A stretch of 64,000 bases of DNA from Candidatus Latescibacterota bacterium (GTDB taxonomy: Bacteria > Latescibacterota > UBA2968 > UBA8231): the NCBI GenBank assembly GCA_965197905.1, contig CBDAOB010000005.1, forward strand, positions 896,001-960,000, given 5' to 3'. Below are positions 14,361-24,832 of the stretch, piece after piece. A program made the translations under genes and the position numbers. Under the pieces are notes generated by a model, which made no database searches, was not told where the DNA came from, and worked only from the letters and a program-made list of their open reading frames with translations. Each line of letters opens with the position of its first letter. The stretch's first letter is position 1.

Positions 14361-17300
14361 ATGAAGGCACTTCGCGAATCTCTATTGCCTCGACTCTCCG
14401 TCGAGCGACCCACCGCCGTAATCATGGTGCTCACGGCCTTGCTGGTGGTGGGATTCATCGCCTACACCCGAATCTCGGTGAGCATGTGGCCGGGAGGATT
14501 CGAGGGCAAATGGCTCGGCTTCTGGACCTCGTACGAGAATGCGACCCCTGCCGACGTCGAGTCCACGATCACTCGCCGGATCGAAGAGGCGCTGTCCACT
14601 CTTCCGCGGGTTGAGCGCATCTGGACCGGCAGCTTCCCCGACGGAGTCTGGACCTCCATACGGTTTCTTCCGGGAACCGACATGACCCAGGCCTACGGCG
14701 ACCTGTGGGAGCGGTTGCATCGGGTGGCACCAGAACTCCCGGAAATCAGTCGGAGGTTTTGGGTGCGTCGATGGGACCCCGATGATAATCCCCTGGTCTG
14801 GACCAGCGCAGCGTTTCCGGAAGGCATAGAGCGGCCCTTCGACCTGCTCGACAGGTTCCTAAAGCCTTACCTGTTGCGTGTTGACGGCGTGGCCCAGGTG
14901 GAGATCTGGGGCGCCGGCCATAGGGAGGTCCACGTGCAGATGGACCTGGAGCGCATGCGCCGTCACGGGGTGGAGGCTCCGGAGCTGGTCCGCAGCATGC
15001 AAGACCTGAACCTGGCGATACCCAGCGGCTTCGTGCGCGACGGCGGCCGGAAGCTGTACATGCGCTCCCTGGAAGTGCTCAATTCTATCGAGGAGATACA
15101 GACGACTACGGTCGACTGGGATCATAATCTGAAGCTCGAGGACCTGGCCACCATCGAGCTGGTACAGAAAAACTGGCGCTCCTCCCGGCTCGACCGGAAA
15201 GAGGCACTGTACGTCGTGATCTGGCGCGAGGCGGGGGCCAACATGGTGGAGGTTTCGCGGGCGATACTCGCCGCCATCGATGAGGTCAGAGGCCGCCCGG
15301 AGCTTCGCGGCGCCGACATAAAGGTTCTCGACGATGGGGGCGCCCGGGTCACCGAAGCGATAGACAACCTGAAGTCGTCCGGTCTATGGGGAGGATTGTT
15401 CGCCGCCATCGTCCTCTTCCTCTTTCTGCGCACCATCAGCATGACCCTCGTGATCACAATGGCGATCCCTTTGTCGATCCTCTCGGTGATCGTGGTGCTC
15501 TATTTCCTCGATTGGTCGCTCAACCTCGCGACTATGATGGGCTTGATGCTCAGCCTCGGTCTGGTGGTGGACAATGCCATCGTCATCGTCGAGAACATCT
15601 ACCGCAAGCGCAATCAGGGTGTGGCGCCGAGGGCGGCTTCCGTGGAAGGGGCGGGCGAGGTGGCGATGGCGGTGACCATGGCCACCTTGACGACGATCGT
15701 CGTATTCCTGCCCTTGATCCTGATGAGCGACGACGAACATCTGGCCTTCTGGATGTTACGTCTGGGCATGCCGGTGATCGTGGGCCTGGCCGCTTCCCTG
15801 GTTATCGCGCTGGCGATCATACCTCTCGCTGTTATGCGGTTGCGAGGTACGGACAGGACCGAAGTGAAACTGCTTGCAAGGCTGCGGCGGCGATACGTGC
15901 CCGGTCTCAATTGGGTGCTGCATCACCGATTGGACACCTTCATCGTCGCCGCGCTGGCGCTGGCGAGCATCTGGATTCCGATGGAGGGCCTGAAGAAGAT
16001 GGACAAGGTGCAGGGGTACCAGCGCGACATCTCCATGTGGTTCACAATGCCCTCCGGCCAGTCGAGGGAGCAGGCCCTGGAATGGTTCAAGGCGGTCGAA
16101 GACACCGTCATGAACCACCAGGAAGAATACAACGTGTGGACCATTAGGGGCTGGTACAGCAACAGCCGCGCGCGGGTCATCGCGGTATTCAACCCTCCCA
16201 AGCGGATCGAGTGGTACCAGGTCGCGTTCAACGACCTGTCCATCTGGTTGGGCTTGAAGGAAAAGCCGCATATGACCCCTACGGAGGTCGGCGAGGATCT
16301 GAGGAAGCGCTTGCGGCTGCCTGCCGGTTATCTCATGAGGGTGGACTGGGAGGAGGGTGATAGCCGCCCTTCGGTCAACGTCGATCTGCACGGTGAAGAC
16401 ACACGCGTCTTGAGCGGTCTAGCGATGGAGGTCAGGCGCCGGCTGAAAGCCATTCCCGGCCTCCTCGAGGTGTTCACCGAAATCGACATCGGCGCCCCCG
16501 AGCTGCGGGTCCACCTGGACCAGGACCAAGTCCGCAAGTACGGGCTCGATCCCCGGGAGGTTCTGCGGGATATCACCTACGCCTTTCGCGGAACGGACGT
16601 CGCCGGATTTCGCTCCGAAGAGGGGGTGGACATGGATATGCGCGTGCTTCTGTCGGAGGACGACCGGCAGAACATTCAAAGCTTGCGGGAATTCGCTTTT
16701 CGCACCGCCGAAGGCCAGGAGGTTCCGTTGGAGGCACTGGCGTCGATCTCCCAGACCCGCGGCATGAGCCGCATCGCTCGCTTGGACCGGCAAACCACCT
16801 TACAGATAACGGCGGTTGCCAAAAAAGAGGATGCCAAGAAACTGTTCGAGCAGATCGACGACGCGATGAAGGGGTTCGAGATGCCGCGGGGGTATTCGTG
16901 GGACAAGGGTGCGCGCTACGAACGCATGGAAGAGGCGGACGAGTCCCAGCGCTTCGCCATCATCCTGGCGACTACCTGTGTCTTTCTGCTGATGGGCATG
17001 TTGTTTGAATCCCTGATGCTGCCGCTCTCGGTGATTGTCGCCGTCCCGTTCGCGTTTCTCGGGGTCTACTGGACGCTCTACTTGACCGGAAGCCCAATGG
17101 ATATGCTCTCCCAGATCGGCATGGTCCTGTTGATCGGGGTGGTGGTGAACAACGCCATCGTCATGGTAGATCTGACCAATCGTCTGCGAGCCGAAGGGAT
17201 GGATCGGCACGAGGCGCTCATCGAGGCAGGCCGCCACCGGTTCAGGCCGATCCTGATGACGACCTTCACCACGGTGTGCGGACTGATTCCGATGGCAGTG

Positions 17301-17528
17301 GGCAACGCCAAGGTCTTCGGATGGCAATACGCGCCGTTGGGCCGCACCATTATCGGCGGCATGCTCGTGTCCATGGTGCTGACCCTCATAATCGTGCCCC
17401 TCTTCTACACCCTGTTCGACGATCTTCGTCTGTTGATTCGCCGCGTCGTGGTTCTTGGCGATCATCACCGTCGTCGGGTCGCCAGCGGCGAGGAGCCAAC
17501 ATTGGCCGACGCGAAAAGTCATAGCTAG
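14361..17528 (+). CDS. RND family efflux permease (AcrB/SwrC-like)
   Basis: GLVVDNAIVIVENI, IGVVVNNAIVMVD, RFRPILMTT; two sets of 1+5 TM segments with large periplasmic loops. Confidence 0.93.
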   Translation: MKALRESLLPRLSVERPTAVIMVLTALLVVGFIAYTRISVSMWPGGFEGKWLGFWTSYENATPADVESTITRRIEEALSTLPRVERIWTGSFPDGVWTSIRFLPGTDMTQAYGDLWERLHRVAPELPEISRRFWVRRWDPDDNPLVWTSAAFPEGIERPFDLLDRFLKPYLLRVDGVAQVEIWGAGHREVHVQMDLERMRRHGVEAPELVRSMQDLNLAIPSGFVRDGGRKLYMRSLEVLNSIEEIQTTTVDWDHNLKLEDLATIELVQKNWRSSRLDRKEALYVVIWREAGANMVEVSRAILAAIDEVRGRPELRGADIKVLDDGGARVTEAIDNLKSSGLWGGLFAAIVLFLFLRTISMTLVITMAIPLSILSVIVVLYFLDWSLNLATMMGLMLSLGLVVDNAIVIVENIYRKRNQGVAPRAASVEGAGEVAMAVTMATLTTIVVFLPLILMSDDEHLAFWMLRLGMPVIVGLAASLVIALAIIPLAVMRLRGTDRTEVKLLARLRRRYVPGLNWVLHHRLDTFIVAALALASIWIPMEGLKKMDKVQGYQRDISMWFTMPSGQSREQALEWFKAVEDTVMNHQEEYNVWTIRGWYSNSRARVIAVFNPPKRIEWYQVAFNDLSIWLGLKEKPHMTPTEVGEDLRKRLRLPAGYLMRVDWEEGDSRPSVNVDLHGEDTRVLSGLAMEVRRRLKAIPGLLEVFTEIDIGAPELRVHLDQDQVRKYGLDPREVLRDITYAFRGTDVAGFRSEEGVDMDMRVLLSEDDRQNIQSLREFAFRTAEGQEVPLEALASISQTRGMSRIARLDRQTTLQITAVAKKEDAKKLFEQIDDAMKGFEMPRGYSWDKGARYERMEEADESQRFAIILATTCVFLLMGMLFESLMLPLSVIVAVPFAFLGVYWTLYLTGSPMDMLSQIGMVLLIGVVVNNAIVMVDLTNRLRAEGMDRHEALIEAGRHRFRPILMTTFTTVCGLIPMAVGNAKVFGWQYAPLGRTIIGGMLVSMVLTLIIVPLFYTLFDDLRLLIRRVVVLGDHHRRRVASGEEPTLADAKSHS

Positions 17529-17633
17529 GCTGGCAACCGAGGATGATTTGGGCACCATCGGCGAGATCTTCAACTAAGAGGCCCTGCCCGAACCTGGGCG
17601 CTCGTCGATCGGACCTGGGGGATTGCCTCTAAG

Positions 17634-20594
17634 CTACATCAGCTGATGGAAGTCGGGGAACCCGATAAGAGCGCGGACAAAGAAGGAAAGGGTGTCGAAG
17701 TCGGCAACCTGTCGGGCCGGTGCCTCAAACTTTCTGGCGTCTCGGTGCAGGCCGACAATCGTATAGAGATCGTAGCCGAAGTAGCGCGACGAGTTCGTAA
17801 TGGTAGCCATGAGCGTGCGGCGCTCAAAGTCGTCCAGCTCGCGGGCGTTGTTCCTGAATCGATAGGGTAGCGGACCCCAACCCTGGATGCCAAGTCGTGC
17901 CGTGGTTCTTCGCATTATAGGTAACGTCAGCTGGAGTATTGGCATCGTCTCGTACTCCATGCGCATCACCCGGTCCTGCTCCTGATCAACGAATCTGATC
18001 ATCTGGAACTTGAACTTGGGCTGGATGCTGAAGCGGCCGATCATCCAGGTGTAGTCGATGCGGTTCACCATCGTCCAGTGATCCAAACGGCGCTTGCGCT
18101 CTATGCGGCCAGCCGACTGGCGTCCTCCCTGCTGCCAGTTCAACCGCAGCCGGATTTTCTGGACCAGGTTCAGCGTCGACCAGGGTCGCAGCCAACTCTC
18201 CAGGTAGGACTCGTTAACATAACTATTTTCGTACCAAAGTGGATCCTGTCGCTGGTGGTTGAGGAACGACCGATTACCGTGGTAGAAATGGTGCACGAAG
18301 TACTGGTAGGTGTCCGTGAACTGGCGGTCCTCCGTGAAGACGTTGTACTCGTCCGGAATGGAGTCTTCAACCCTTCGAAAGTGGTTCTCCGCAAAGACTC
18401 GCCGCAAGCGCTCGTTGCCGCTTCGTTCGTAGGTGAGCAGCGCATAGGTGGAACGGTTGTTGCGCCCTCCGGCAATCTCGTCGATGTCGTAGCGGCCCAC
18501 GGCGAACATCAGATTTCGCGTCAGGTTGGTCTGCCCGAAGAGATGGTAACCCCGTTGATCGGGATCATACGGATGGTCGGGAGCCAGGTCGTCTTCCCTT
18601 TGATCCGGCTCATCGTTGTTGTTGCGGTCGAGCCCGTAGGTGTAGTCGTTCGGCTCGACCTCGTACATCAGGAACGGCTCCAGGTAATCCGGCAATGCGT
18701 CGCCGTTTCGATTGACGTCCGGAAACCCGTCGTTGTTCTGATCCTGGGCCAGGTAGACCCCGTCGGCGTCGACGCCGATGTCGTTGCGGTAGATGCTCCC
18801 AGGGGTGTAGCCTGAGCGCTTGTCGGGAAACTGGTCGCCGTCCTCGTTGTCCTGCACCAGATCCCAGTACATGGTCTCGTTCGTCAGCGCCTTTATCACG
18901 CTGCGTCTGTCTGACACAACGCCCTTCTCCTCCCAGATGAAGGTGCGCATGGTGGTGGTGAAATCAGGGTTCATGGTGAAGTACTCTCCCCCGAAACTCC
19001 AATTCTTATACCACCTGGTGGCGTTTACGAAGTAGGCCGAACCGTTGTTGGTGAAGCGCGGACTCTCATTGAAGGCAGGCCGATTCTCGATCTCGGCTGG
19101 GAAACGCCGATACACTCGGGAACGAGCGTACTCACCGTTGATCTCAGCGCCCACGAACTGCAGGTTCAAGTCCGCGCTGTAGGTGAAAATGGAGGTGTCT
19201 TCACCCATCTTGAATCGAACCCGCTTTAAGTTGCTGCCATCCTGCACGTTGCCCCGGGCCCGCAACACCGTCCGATAGAACTCGCTCTTGAAGCGACCCC
19301 CGTACCCCTTGCTCCTTGGACTATCTTCATAGAGCGACGCGACGTCGATCCTGTAGTCGTTGGCGACCGTCGCCTCCACCTCCATCGATACCATCAGGGT
19401 CTCACCAGTCATATCGAACAGGAATGCGAGCTGCCAGTCGCCGTCGGCGTGAAGGATTTCAGTGGGCGATTCCATCGTGAAATGGGCAAGGAGGCCCCGG
19501 AGATTGGCCTCTTTGCTCACGTCGATCCCCGCCTCGTGATCCATCCGGTAGAGGTAGTCGGTATATTTGACGATATCGTTGCGACCTACGAAGTAGGTCC
19601 CGTAGAATTCCCCCCTGGTCTTGAAGTACTGACCTGAGATAAAACCACCAGTGGTTGTTGTTCGCCCGACCTGACTGGATATACCGGAGCGGTTGCGGAT
19701 TACCTGAGGCACGATGTCGGGCCGGCGCTCGCCGTTTACCACCAACACCACGTCCCGCACCATGGCGCCCCCTTTCCCGTCGCGGGGCGAGTCGTCAGAG
19801 AACCGCACCACCACCCAATCGGCCAGGGGCGTCCGCGGACGTAGCTTGCCCTTGATGCTGTTTCCCGGCTCCGTGCTCATATAGGTGTGCACATTGGCGA
19901 GATTCAACCCCAACGTAGCAGCGCCGAGCTCCGCCTGCGCCCGCCCTCCTAGTAGAAGGGAGGATTCGCGCGCGAACATCTTGTTTTCGATATGGTACTG
20001 AGACATGGGGTTGTAGTCCCATCCGCGCGGCGAGTACGGGCGTTCGACGCGACTGGCCAGGGTGGTGAGTTTCAAGCGCGGGGTCCACAGGTCTATCCGC
20101 AGCCCATTGTAGTCTACCTGGGAAAGGGTCAACGGCGTAAAGCGAGCAGTGAGTCCATGGCCGACCATGGCGCCGTACCCCCAATTCCCGTATCCGTCCC
20201 GGGCGATCGCGGTGTAGTTGAACGCCTCAATCCAGGTACCCTCATCGATTTGGATGCTGCTGCCCCACTCCTGACTCGGCTGGCGGGTCTCGGTCCAATT
20301 GAAGAGGTCGAAGCCATGGATAAGGTGATTGCCGAATCCATCATATACCGCCTTGGGATGGTAATTGTCCACAAATTGCGTGCCTTGGGGCAGGACGTGG
20401 TGCAGGTAGTTTGAGTAGCGGCCGAGTGCGAAATTCCTGTAACCGGGCCGTTCGTAGCGCAGCACAGGCCGTGAAGGGAGGACTTGAGGAACGTTGGCGG
20501 TAACCTGCTCAGCCTCGAGTTGAAGCGGTCCAGCGAGGTTGGTCAGCATTCCCATCTGAACAACCAGGGTCAACACACGTTGCGCGTTGTGCAT
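17634..20594 (-). CDS. Large exported / outer-membrane hypothetical protein with acidic Ca-binding-like repeats (paralog B)
   Basis: About 986 aa. DNEDGD, DQNNDGFPD, DRNNNDEPD motifs and amphipathic beta-strand C-terminus. Homologous to 20680-23418. Start uncertain. Confidence 0.7.
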   Translation of the reverse strand: MHNAQRVLTLVVQMGMLTNLAGPLQLEAEQVTANVPQVLPSRPVLRYERPGYRNFALGRYSNYLHHVLPQGTQFVDNYHPKAVYDGFGNHLIHGFDLFNWTETRQPSQEWGSSIQIDEGTWIEAFNYTAIARDGYGNWGYGAMVGHGLTARFTPLTLSQVDYNGLRIDLWTPRLKLTTLASRVERPYSPRGWDYNPMSQYHIENKMFARESSLLLGGRAQAELGAATLGLNLANVHTYMSTEPGNSIKGKLRPRTPLADWVVVRFSDDSPRDGKGGAMVRDVVLVVNGERRPDIVPQVIRNRSGISSQVGRTTTTGGFISGQYFKTRGEFYGTYFVGRNDIVKYTDYLYRMDHEAGIDVSKEANLRGLLAHFTMESPTEILHADGDWQLAFLFDMTGETLMVSMEVEATVANDYRIDVASLYEDSPRSKGYGGRFKSEFYRTVLRARGNVQDGSNLKRVRFKMGEDTSIFTYSADLNLQFVGAEINGEYARSRVYRRFPAEIENRPAFNESPRFTNNGSAYFVNATRWYKNWSFGGEYFTMNPDFTTTMRTFIWEEKGVVSDRRSVIKALTNETMYWDLVQDNEDGDQFPDKRSGYTPGSIYRNDIGVDADGVYLAQDQNNDGFPDVNRNGDALPDYLEPFLMYEVEPNDYTYGLDRNNNDEPDQREDDLAPDHPYDPDQRGYHLFGQTNLTRNLMFAVGRYDIDEIAGGRNNRSTYALLTYERSGNERLRRVFAENHFRRVEDSIPDEYNVFTEDRQFTDTYQYFVHHFYHGNRSFLNHQRQDPLWYENSYVNESYLESWLRPWSTLNLVQKIRLRLNWQQGGRQSAGRIERKRRLDHWTMVNRIDYTWMIGRFSIQPKFKFQMIRFVDQEQDRVMRMEYETMPILQLTLPIMRRTTARLGIQGWGPLPYRFRNNARELDDFERRTLMATITNSSRYFGYDLYTIVGLHRDARKFEAPARQVADFDTLSFFVRALIGFPDFHQLM

Positions 20595-20679
20595 ACTGTT
20601 CACGATTCGGGTTTCAATGGCATGGCAATACCCAAATAATAGGAAGCTTTTGGAAAGGAACCAAACACGAGAGGGACCG

Positions 20680-23418
20680 CTAGATGAGCCGGCCGTATTC
20701 GGTGAACCCGACCAGAGCGCGCACAAAAAACGCTACGGTGTCGAAATTCTCGGATATCCGAGCCGGAGAATCATAGGTGAGACGGTCTTTTTCGAGACCG
20801 ACGATGGTGATCAGGTCATAACCGAAGTAGGTCGAACGCATGGTCACCGATGAGATGGCGGTACGGCGATCGAAGCTCTCCAGCTTGCGGGCGCGGTCGT
20901 CGAAGCGGTAGGGCAGGGGTCCCCATCCCTGCAGGCCGATGCGAAAAAAGGTCCGCGGCATCAGCCGAAAGCTTGCCTGCACGATCGGCAACGTATCGTA
21001 TTCCGAACGAATCAGCTGGTCGGAGCGCTGGTCTACCGCTCGCAGCGCCAGGAATTTGAATTTCGGCTGCACGGCGAGCCGTCCGCGGCGCCAAGAGTAA
21101 TCGACGGCGTGAACCGAGGTCCAGTAATCCAGCCGGCCTTCTCGCGAGCGAAATCCGCCCGGCAGCAGCCCGGGCTGCTGCCAGTTCAGCCGCAGCCGCA
21201 GCTTCTGCACCAGATTTAGGCCGCGCAACGGTTGCAGTCGCGCTTCCAGGTACCCCTCGTTTACGAAGCTGTCCCGGTAGGACAAGGGATCCTTGCGACT
21301 CTTCGGGCGAAAACCTCTGGAACCGTAGGTCATCGCCGTGTGCACCGAGTATCTCCGATATATCGAGCTGAAGCGGCGTTCCTCGGCGATGACGTTGTAG
21401 CGATCCGGGATGTCATCCTTCACTCGCCTGAGATTGTTCTCGAAGAAGAGGGTTTGCAGGCGATCAACGCCCTCGCGCCGATAAGTGAGCAGCGCGTAAT
21501 CTGTTGCGCTTCTTCCGGCGCCCGCCATTTCCTCTGCCTGGTAATGCCCGATGGCCAACGACCAGTGGCGACTGAGATCCAGCTGACCAAATAGATGGTA
21601 CCCTCGTTCATCCCAGTTGTATGGATAATCCGGCTCCCAGTCGTCTTCGCGAAAATCAGGCTCGTCGTTGTTGTTGCGATCGAGACCGTAGGAAAACTCG
21701 CTCGGCTCCACATCGAACATGAGGAACGGTTCGACATAGTCGGGTAGCGGGTCCCCGTCCCTGTTGGTGTCGGGATAACCGTCGCGGTCCACATCCTGAC
21801 CCAGATAGACACCGTCGTTATCGGCAAAGTCCGCTTCGCTGTCTCCGTCGTCGTTGTCCTCTACCAGGCTGTTGAAGTTAGGGTGGATCTTGAAGAGCTC
21901 GGCTCCGAAACGCCCGTGCCCGAACCAGCGGATCAGGTTGACAAAGTATGCATCTCCCGGCCTGGTGAACCGCGGAGAGTCGTCGAGGGTCTTTTCTCGG
22001 CCGACGTGAGCGGGGTAACGGAAATTCTGTGACGAGCGGGCGTACTCTGCGTGCATCTCAAGGCCCAGCATGACCAGACTCATCTCGCCGCTGTAATAGA
22101 AATTGCCGGTAAACTCGCCGATCTGAAAAGACACCCGCCTGAAATTGGAGCCGTCCTGGACATCGCCCCAGGCGCGACGGACGCGATAGTAGGACCGGGC
22201 TTGGTAGCGCTGCACATAGTTGGGATTGCGATCGTTGATCGTTTTTATGGTGGCCCAGCTGAATTCGTAGTCATTCGCTGCCAGGGCTTCCACCGCAACG
22301 GAGATCACGCTCGGTTCCGCAGACAGGTCGAAGATGTAGACCACCTGCTCGTCGCGATCGAACTGCATGGCTTCGACGCTTGAAACCAGGGGAAAGCTCT
22401 TCAGCAACCCGGGCAGGTTGGTGCGATCGCTTACATCCTCACCACGCTCGTGGGCAATGCGGTAGAGATAGTCAGCATGCAGGGGGTTGTGAGCTCCGCC
22501 GATATAGCGCGTCGGTCGGAAGCGTCCGGTTTCCGCCGAAACGTAGCCGATTTGGGTTGCCTCGGCGGCGCGGTGGCGAATGACATACGGAACCAGGTCC
22601 GGCCGCTTCTCGCCATTGACAATGAGCAGCAGATCCTGAACCATTGGTCCGGAGTGACCATCCTCGGGGGAATCGTCCCTGACCCGCACGAAAATCCAAT
22701 CGGCTATTTCGATCTCCCTGTCCAATCGGCCTTTGAGGCTGTTTCCGGGGAGGGTACTGATATATCTGTGGTAGTTCCCCCAGTTGAGTGCGAGCTTCAG
22801 CCCGCCTATCTCGGTCTGCACTCGATTGGCCAGCCATAAGCGCGTACCTCCCCTCCAGTGTCCCCACCGTCGCATATATCCAGTGAATTGCGCCTTTGGG
22901 GTCAGCAAATCGACTCTCAGGCCGGATGTGTTTGCCCGCGAGATGGTGAGCGGGGAAAGGTGAAGCCGCCCCGTCGATCCAGCCAATGCCCGGTAACCCC
23001 ATTTGCCGTAGCCGTCATTGCCAACGATGACACCACTGTCCCGCTGGATGTAGTTGCTGCCGCAAACGGCACCGCGACGGTCTTCGCAGCTCAATCCCGG
23101 CTGTCGCAGCTCCTGCCAATTGAGAAACTCGAAGCCGGTGATCTGCTCGTTGCCTAGGGGACCGTAGAACCCCCGCGGATGGTAGTTGTCGCGGAGGGCC
23201 AGTGCGGTCGGAATGGTGTGGTTGGCATAGTTGACGAAGTGGTTGATGGCGTAGTTCTGGTAGCTGATGGCGTCCCGCCGCATCATCAGCCGCTGTGGGG
23301 TGATCTCCTCCCTTTTTAAGGGTCGCTGTGACGCTGCTCCTGCCGTTTGAACCCACAGCGCGGTCAAGGCCATACACAGTAGGAACGGTTTGGAACGCAA
23401 GACCGGTCGAGGGCGCAT
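20680..23418 (-). CDS. Large exported / outer-membrane hypothetical protein with acidic Ca-binding-like repeats (paralog A)
   Basis: Signal peptide ending in AGA; DNDDGD, DVDRDGYPD, YGLDRNNNDEPD; C-terminal FFVRALVGF. Confidence 0.75.
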   Translation of the reverse strand: MRPRPVLRSKPFLLCMALTALWVQTAGAASQRPLKREEITPQRLMMRRDAISYQNYAINHFVNYANHTIPTALALRDNYHPRGFYGPLGNEQITGFEFLNWQELRQPGLSCEDRRGAVCGSNYIQRDSGVIVGNDGYGKWGYRALAGSTGRLHLSPLTISRANTSGLRVDLLTPKAQFTGYMRRWGHWRGGTRLWLANRVQTEIGGLKLALNWGNYHRYISTLPGNSLKGRLDREIEIADWIFVRVRDDSPEDGHSGPMVQDLLLIVNGEKRPDLVPYVIRHRAAEATQIGYVSAETGRFRPTRYIGGAHNPLHADYLYRIAHERGEDVSDRTNLPGLLKSFPLVSSVEAMQFDRDEQVVYIFDLSAEPSVISVAVEALAANDYEFSWATIKTINDRNPNYVQRYQARSYYRVRRAWGDVQDGSNFRRVSFQIGEFTGNFYYSGEMSLVMLGLEMHAEYARSSQNFRYPAHVGREKTLDDSPRFTRPGDAYFVNLIRWFGHGRFGAELFKIHPNFNSLVEDNDDGDSEADFADNDGVYLGQDVDRDGYPDTNRDGDPLPDYVEPFLMFDVEPSEFSYGLDRNNNDEPDFREDDWEPDYPYNWDERGYHLFGQLDLSRHWSLAIGHYQAEEMAGAGRSATDYALLTYRREGVDRLQTLFFENNLRRVKDDIPDRYNVIAEERRFSSIYRRYSVHTAMTYGSRGFRPKSRKDPLSYRDSFVNEGYLEARLQPLRGLNLVQKLRLRLNWQQPGLLPGGFRSREGRLDYWTSVHAVDYSWRRGRLAVQPKFKFLALRAVDQRSDQLIRSEYDTLPIVQASFRLMPRTFFRIGLQGWGPLPYRFDDRARKLESFDRRTAISSVTMRSTYFGYDLITIVGLEKDRLTYDSPARISENFDTVAFFVRALVGFTEYGRLI

Positions 23419-23445
23419 TCGTCCAGGTAACCCAAGTGGCAGTTG

Positions 23446-24786
23446 CTAACGCTGCATGGTGAGAAAAGCGCTTATTTTGGCGGGTATCCCAGGTTCTGCG
23501 GACTTGGCCTCGGCCTTTAGATAGTTCCAGGCGCCACTGATGAGCGAATGGGTTCCTTCGCTGGCATCGAGGTGACTCTCTTCGTGCACGCTCTGCCAAT
23601 CTTTGGCATTGTGGGAACCGAGCAGGCGCCAGCACAGATCCCCACTCGAGCTTTTGTTGTAGACCTGGAGGTTCTTGTCTCGGTAGCCCCGGGACTCCAT
23701 CGTCGCCCCTTCGACGAAATCGTCACTCGTTGCGCATTCATGAAAGAGGTACCCTTCTTTCTCGCGCCGCTCCGGGATACAGAACGGGTTCATCTCGTAG
23801 ATCATGTTGCGACCCCAATCGGTAACCAGGAAGGTGCCGCGTCTGGTGATGTGGATATAGGTGGGCAGAACGACATTCGCCGAGGCGTTCAGCAGACCCT
23901 CACCGCTGGTGCCCCCGAGATCCCAGATCAGTTCCTTGTCCTGGTTGACGCAGAAGATGCGGGCGCGCTCGTCGACGATAACGGTCATCCCGCCGCCGTG
24001 CTCGTTGCTGCCGTACCTGAGAGCCCGCACCGGGCAGCCGAGGCGGTCGTAGAGATCACCGCCGGTCCCGTTGGCCACGTTGCCCCGGTCTCCGGCGTCG
24101 CCATACGACCATTTCACCTCGCTCGTCGCCGTGTCGATCTCCTGGATGGTCCGATTGCCTCCCCAGAATCCCGCCAGCAGGTCGCCCCCGTAGGAATCGT
24201 TGAAGTCAAACAGCCGCTGCAGATAGAACGGATGGCCATGGGGATCGGTGTCGTAATGCCACGCGATCTCCTGGTCAGCCATGCGGATCTTGTAGATGCC
24301 GCGGGGTTGATCGGAGACCATGATATGCTCGTCGTCCCAGTGGATTGCTTCGAGAGGAGCCTGCATCTTGTCGCAGCACCAGAGGATCTCGCCGCTGTCG
24401 CGGTGGAGGATCATGATCCGGTGGTCTCTCTTCCACTCGGAAACCAGGACGTGGCCGCAATATGGCCCCGACGTGAGAAAATAGGCGGAGTGGGTAGCTT
24501 CCTGGAGGTCGCCGGTGCCGGCTACGCCGCGCTCACCGCGGAGGATGCGGGCTTCTCCAGTGGATCGACTAATCACGAGGACGTCACAGCCGAACTGCTC
24601 GGAGACGACGATTTCGTCCGGATTCAGCGGATTCTCGGCAGCGGTGTGTGGGCCCGCCAGTTCACCGTCACCGAATCCCACATTCCCCGTTCCATAGGAC
24701 CACAGCACGTGCTGATCGAAGAGCGGGACGGTGGACCGCAGCGCCTGCTTACCGGCGTTGGTCTGGGGTAGATGTCCGTTTTCCAT
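23446..24786 (-). CDS. Beta-propeller protein (PQQ-like / arylsulfotransferase-like W-containing repeats)
   Basis: Repeated GEILW, QEIAWHY, SEVKWSY, KELIWDL blade motifs. ATG at 24786 preceded by AGGCAGGA. Confidence 0.6.
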   Translation of the reverse strand: MENGHLPQTNAGKQALRSTVPLFDQHVLWSYGTGNVGFGDGELAGPHTAAENPLNPDEIVVSEQFGCDVLVISRSTGEARILRGERGVAGTGDLQEATHSAYFLTSGPYCGHVLVSEWKRDHRIMILHRDSGEILWCCDKMQAPLEAIHWDDEHIMVSDQPRGIYKIRMADQEIAWHYDTDPHGHPFYLQRLFDFNDSYGGDLLAGFWGGNRTIQEIDTATSEVKWSYGDAGDRGNVANGTGGDLYDRLGCPVRALRYGSNEHGGGMTVIVDERARIFCVNQDKELIWDLGGTSGEGLLNASANVVLPTYIHITRRGTFLVTDWGRNMIYEMNPFCIPERREKEGYLFHECATSDDFVEGATMESRGYRDKNLQVYNKSSSGDLCWRLLGSHNAKDWQSVHEESHLDASEGTHSLISGAWNYLKAEAKSAEPGIPAKISAFLTMQR

Positions 24787-24832
24787 CTGTCCTGCCTTTC
24801 GTCGAAGCAGTCGTAGCGGACCGCTAACCAGA

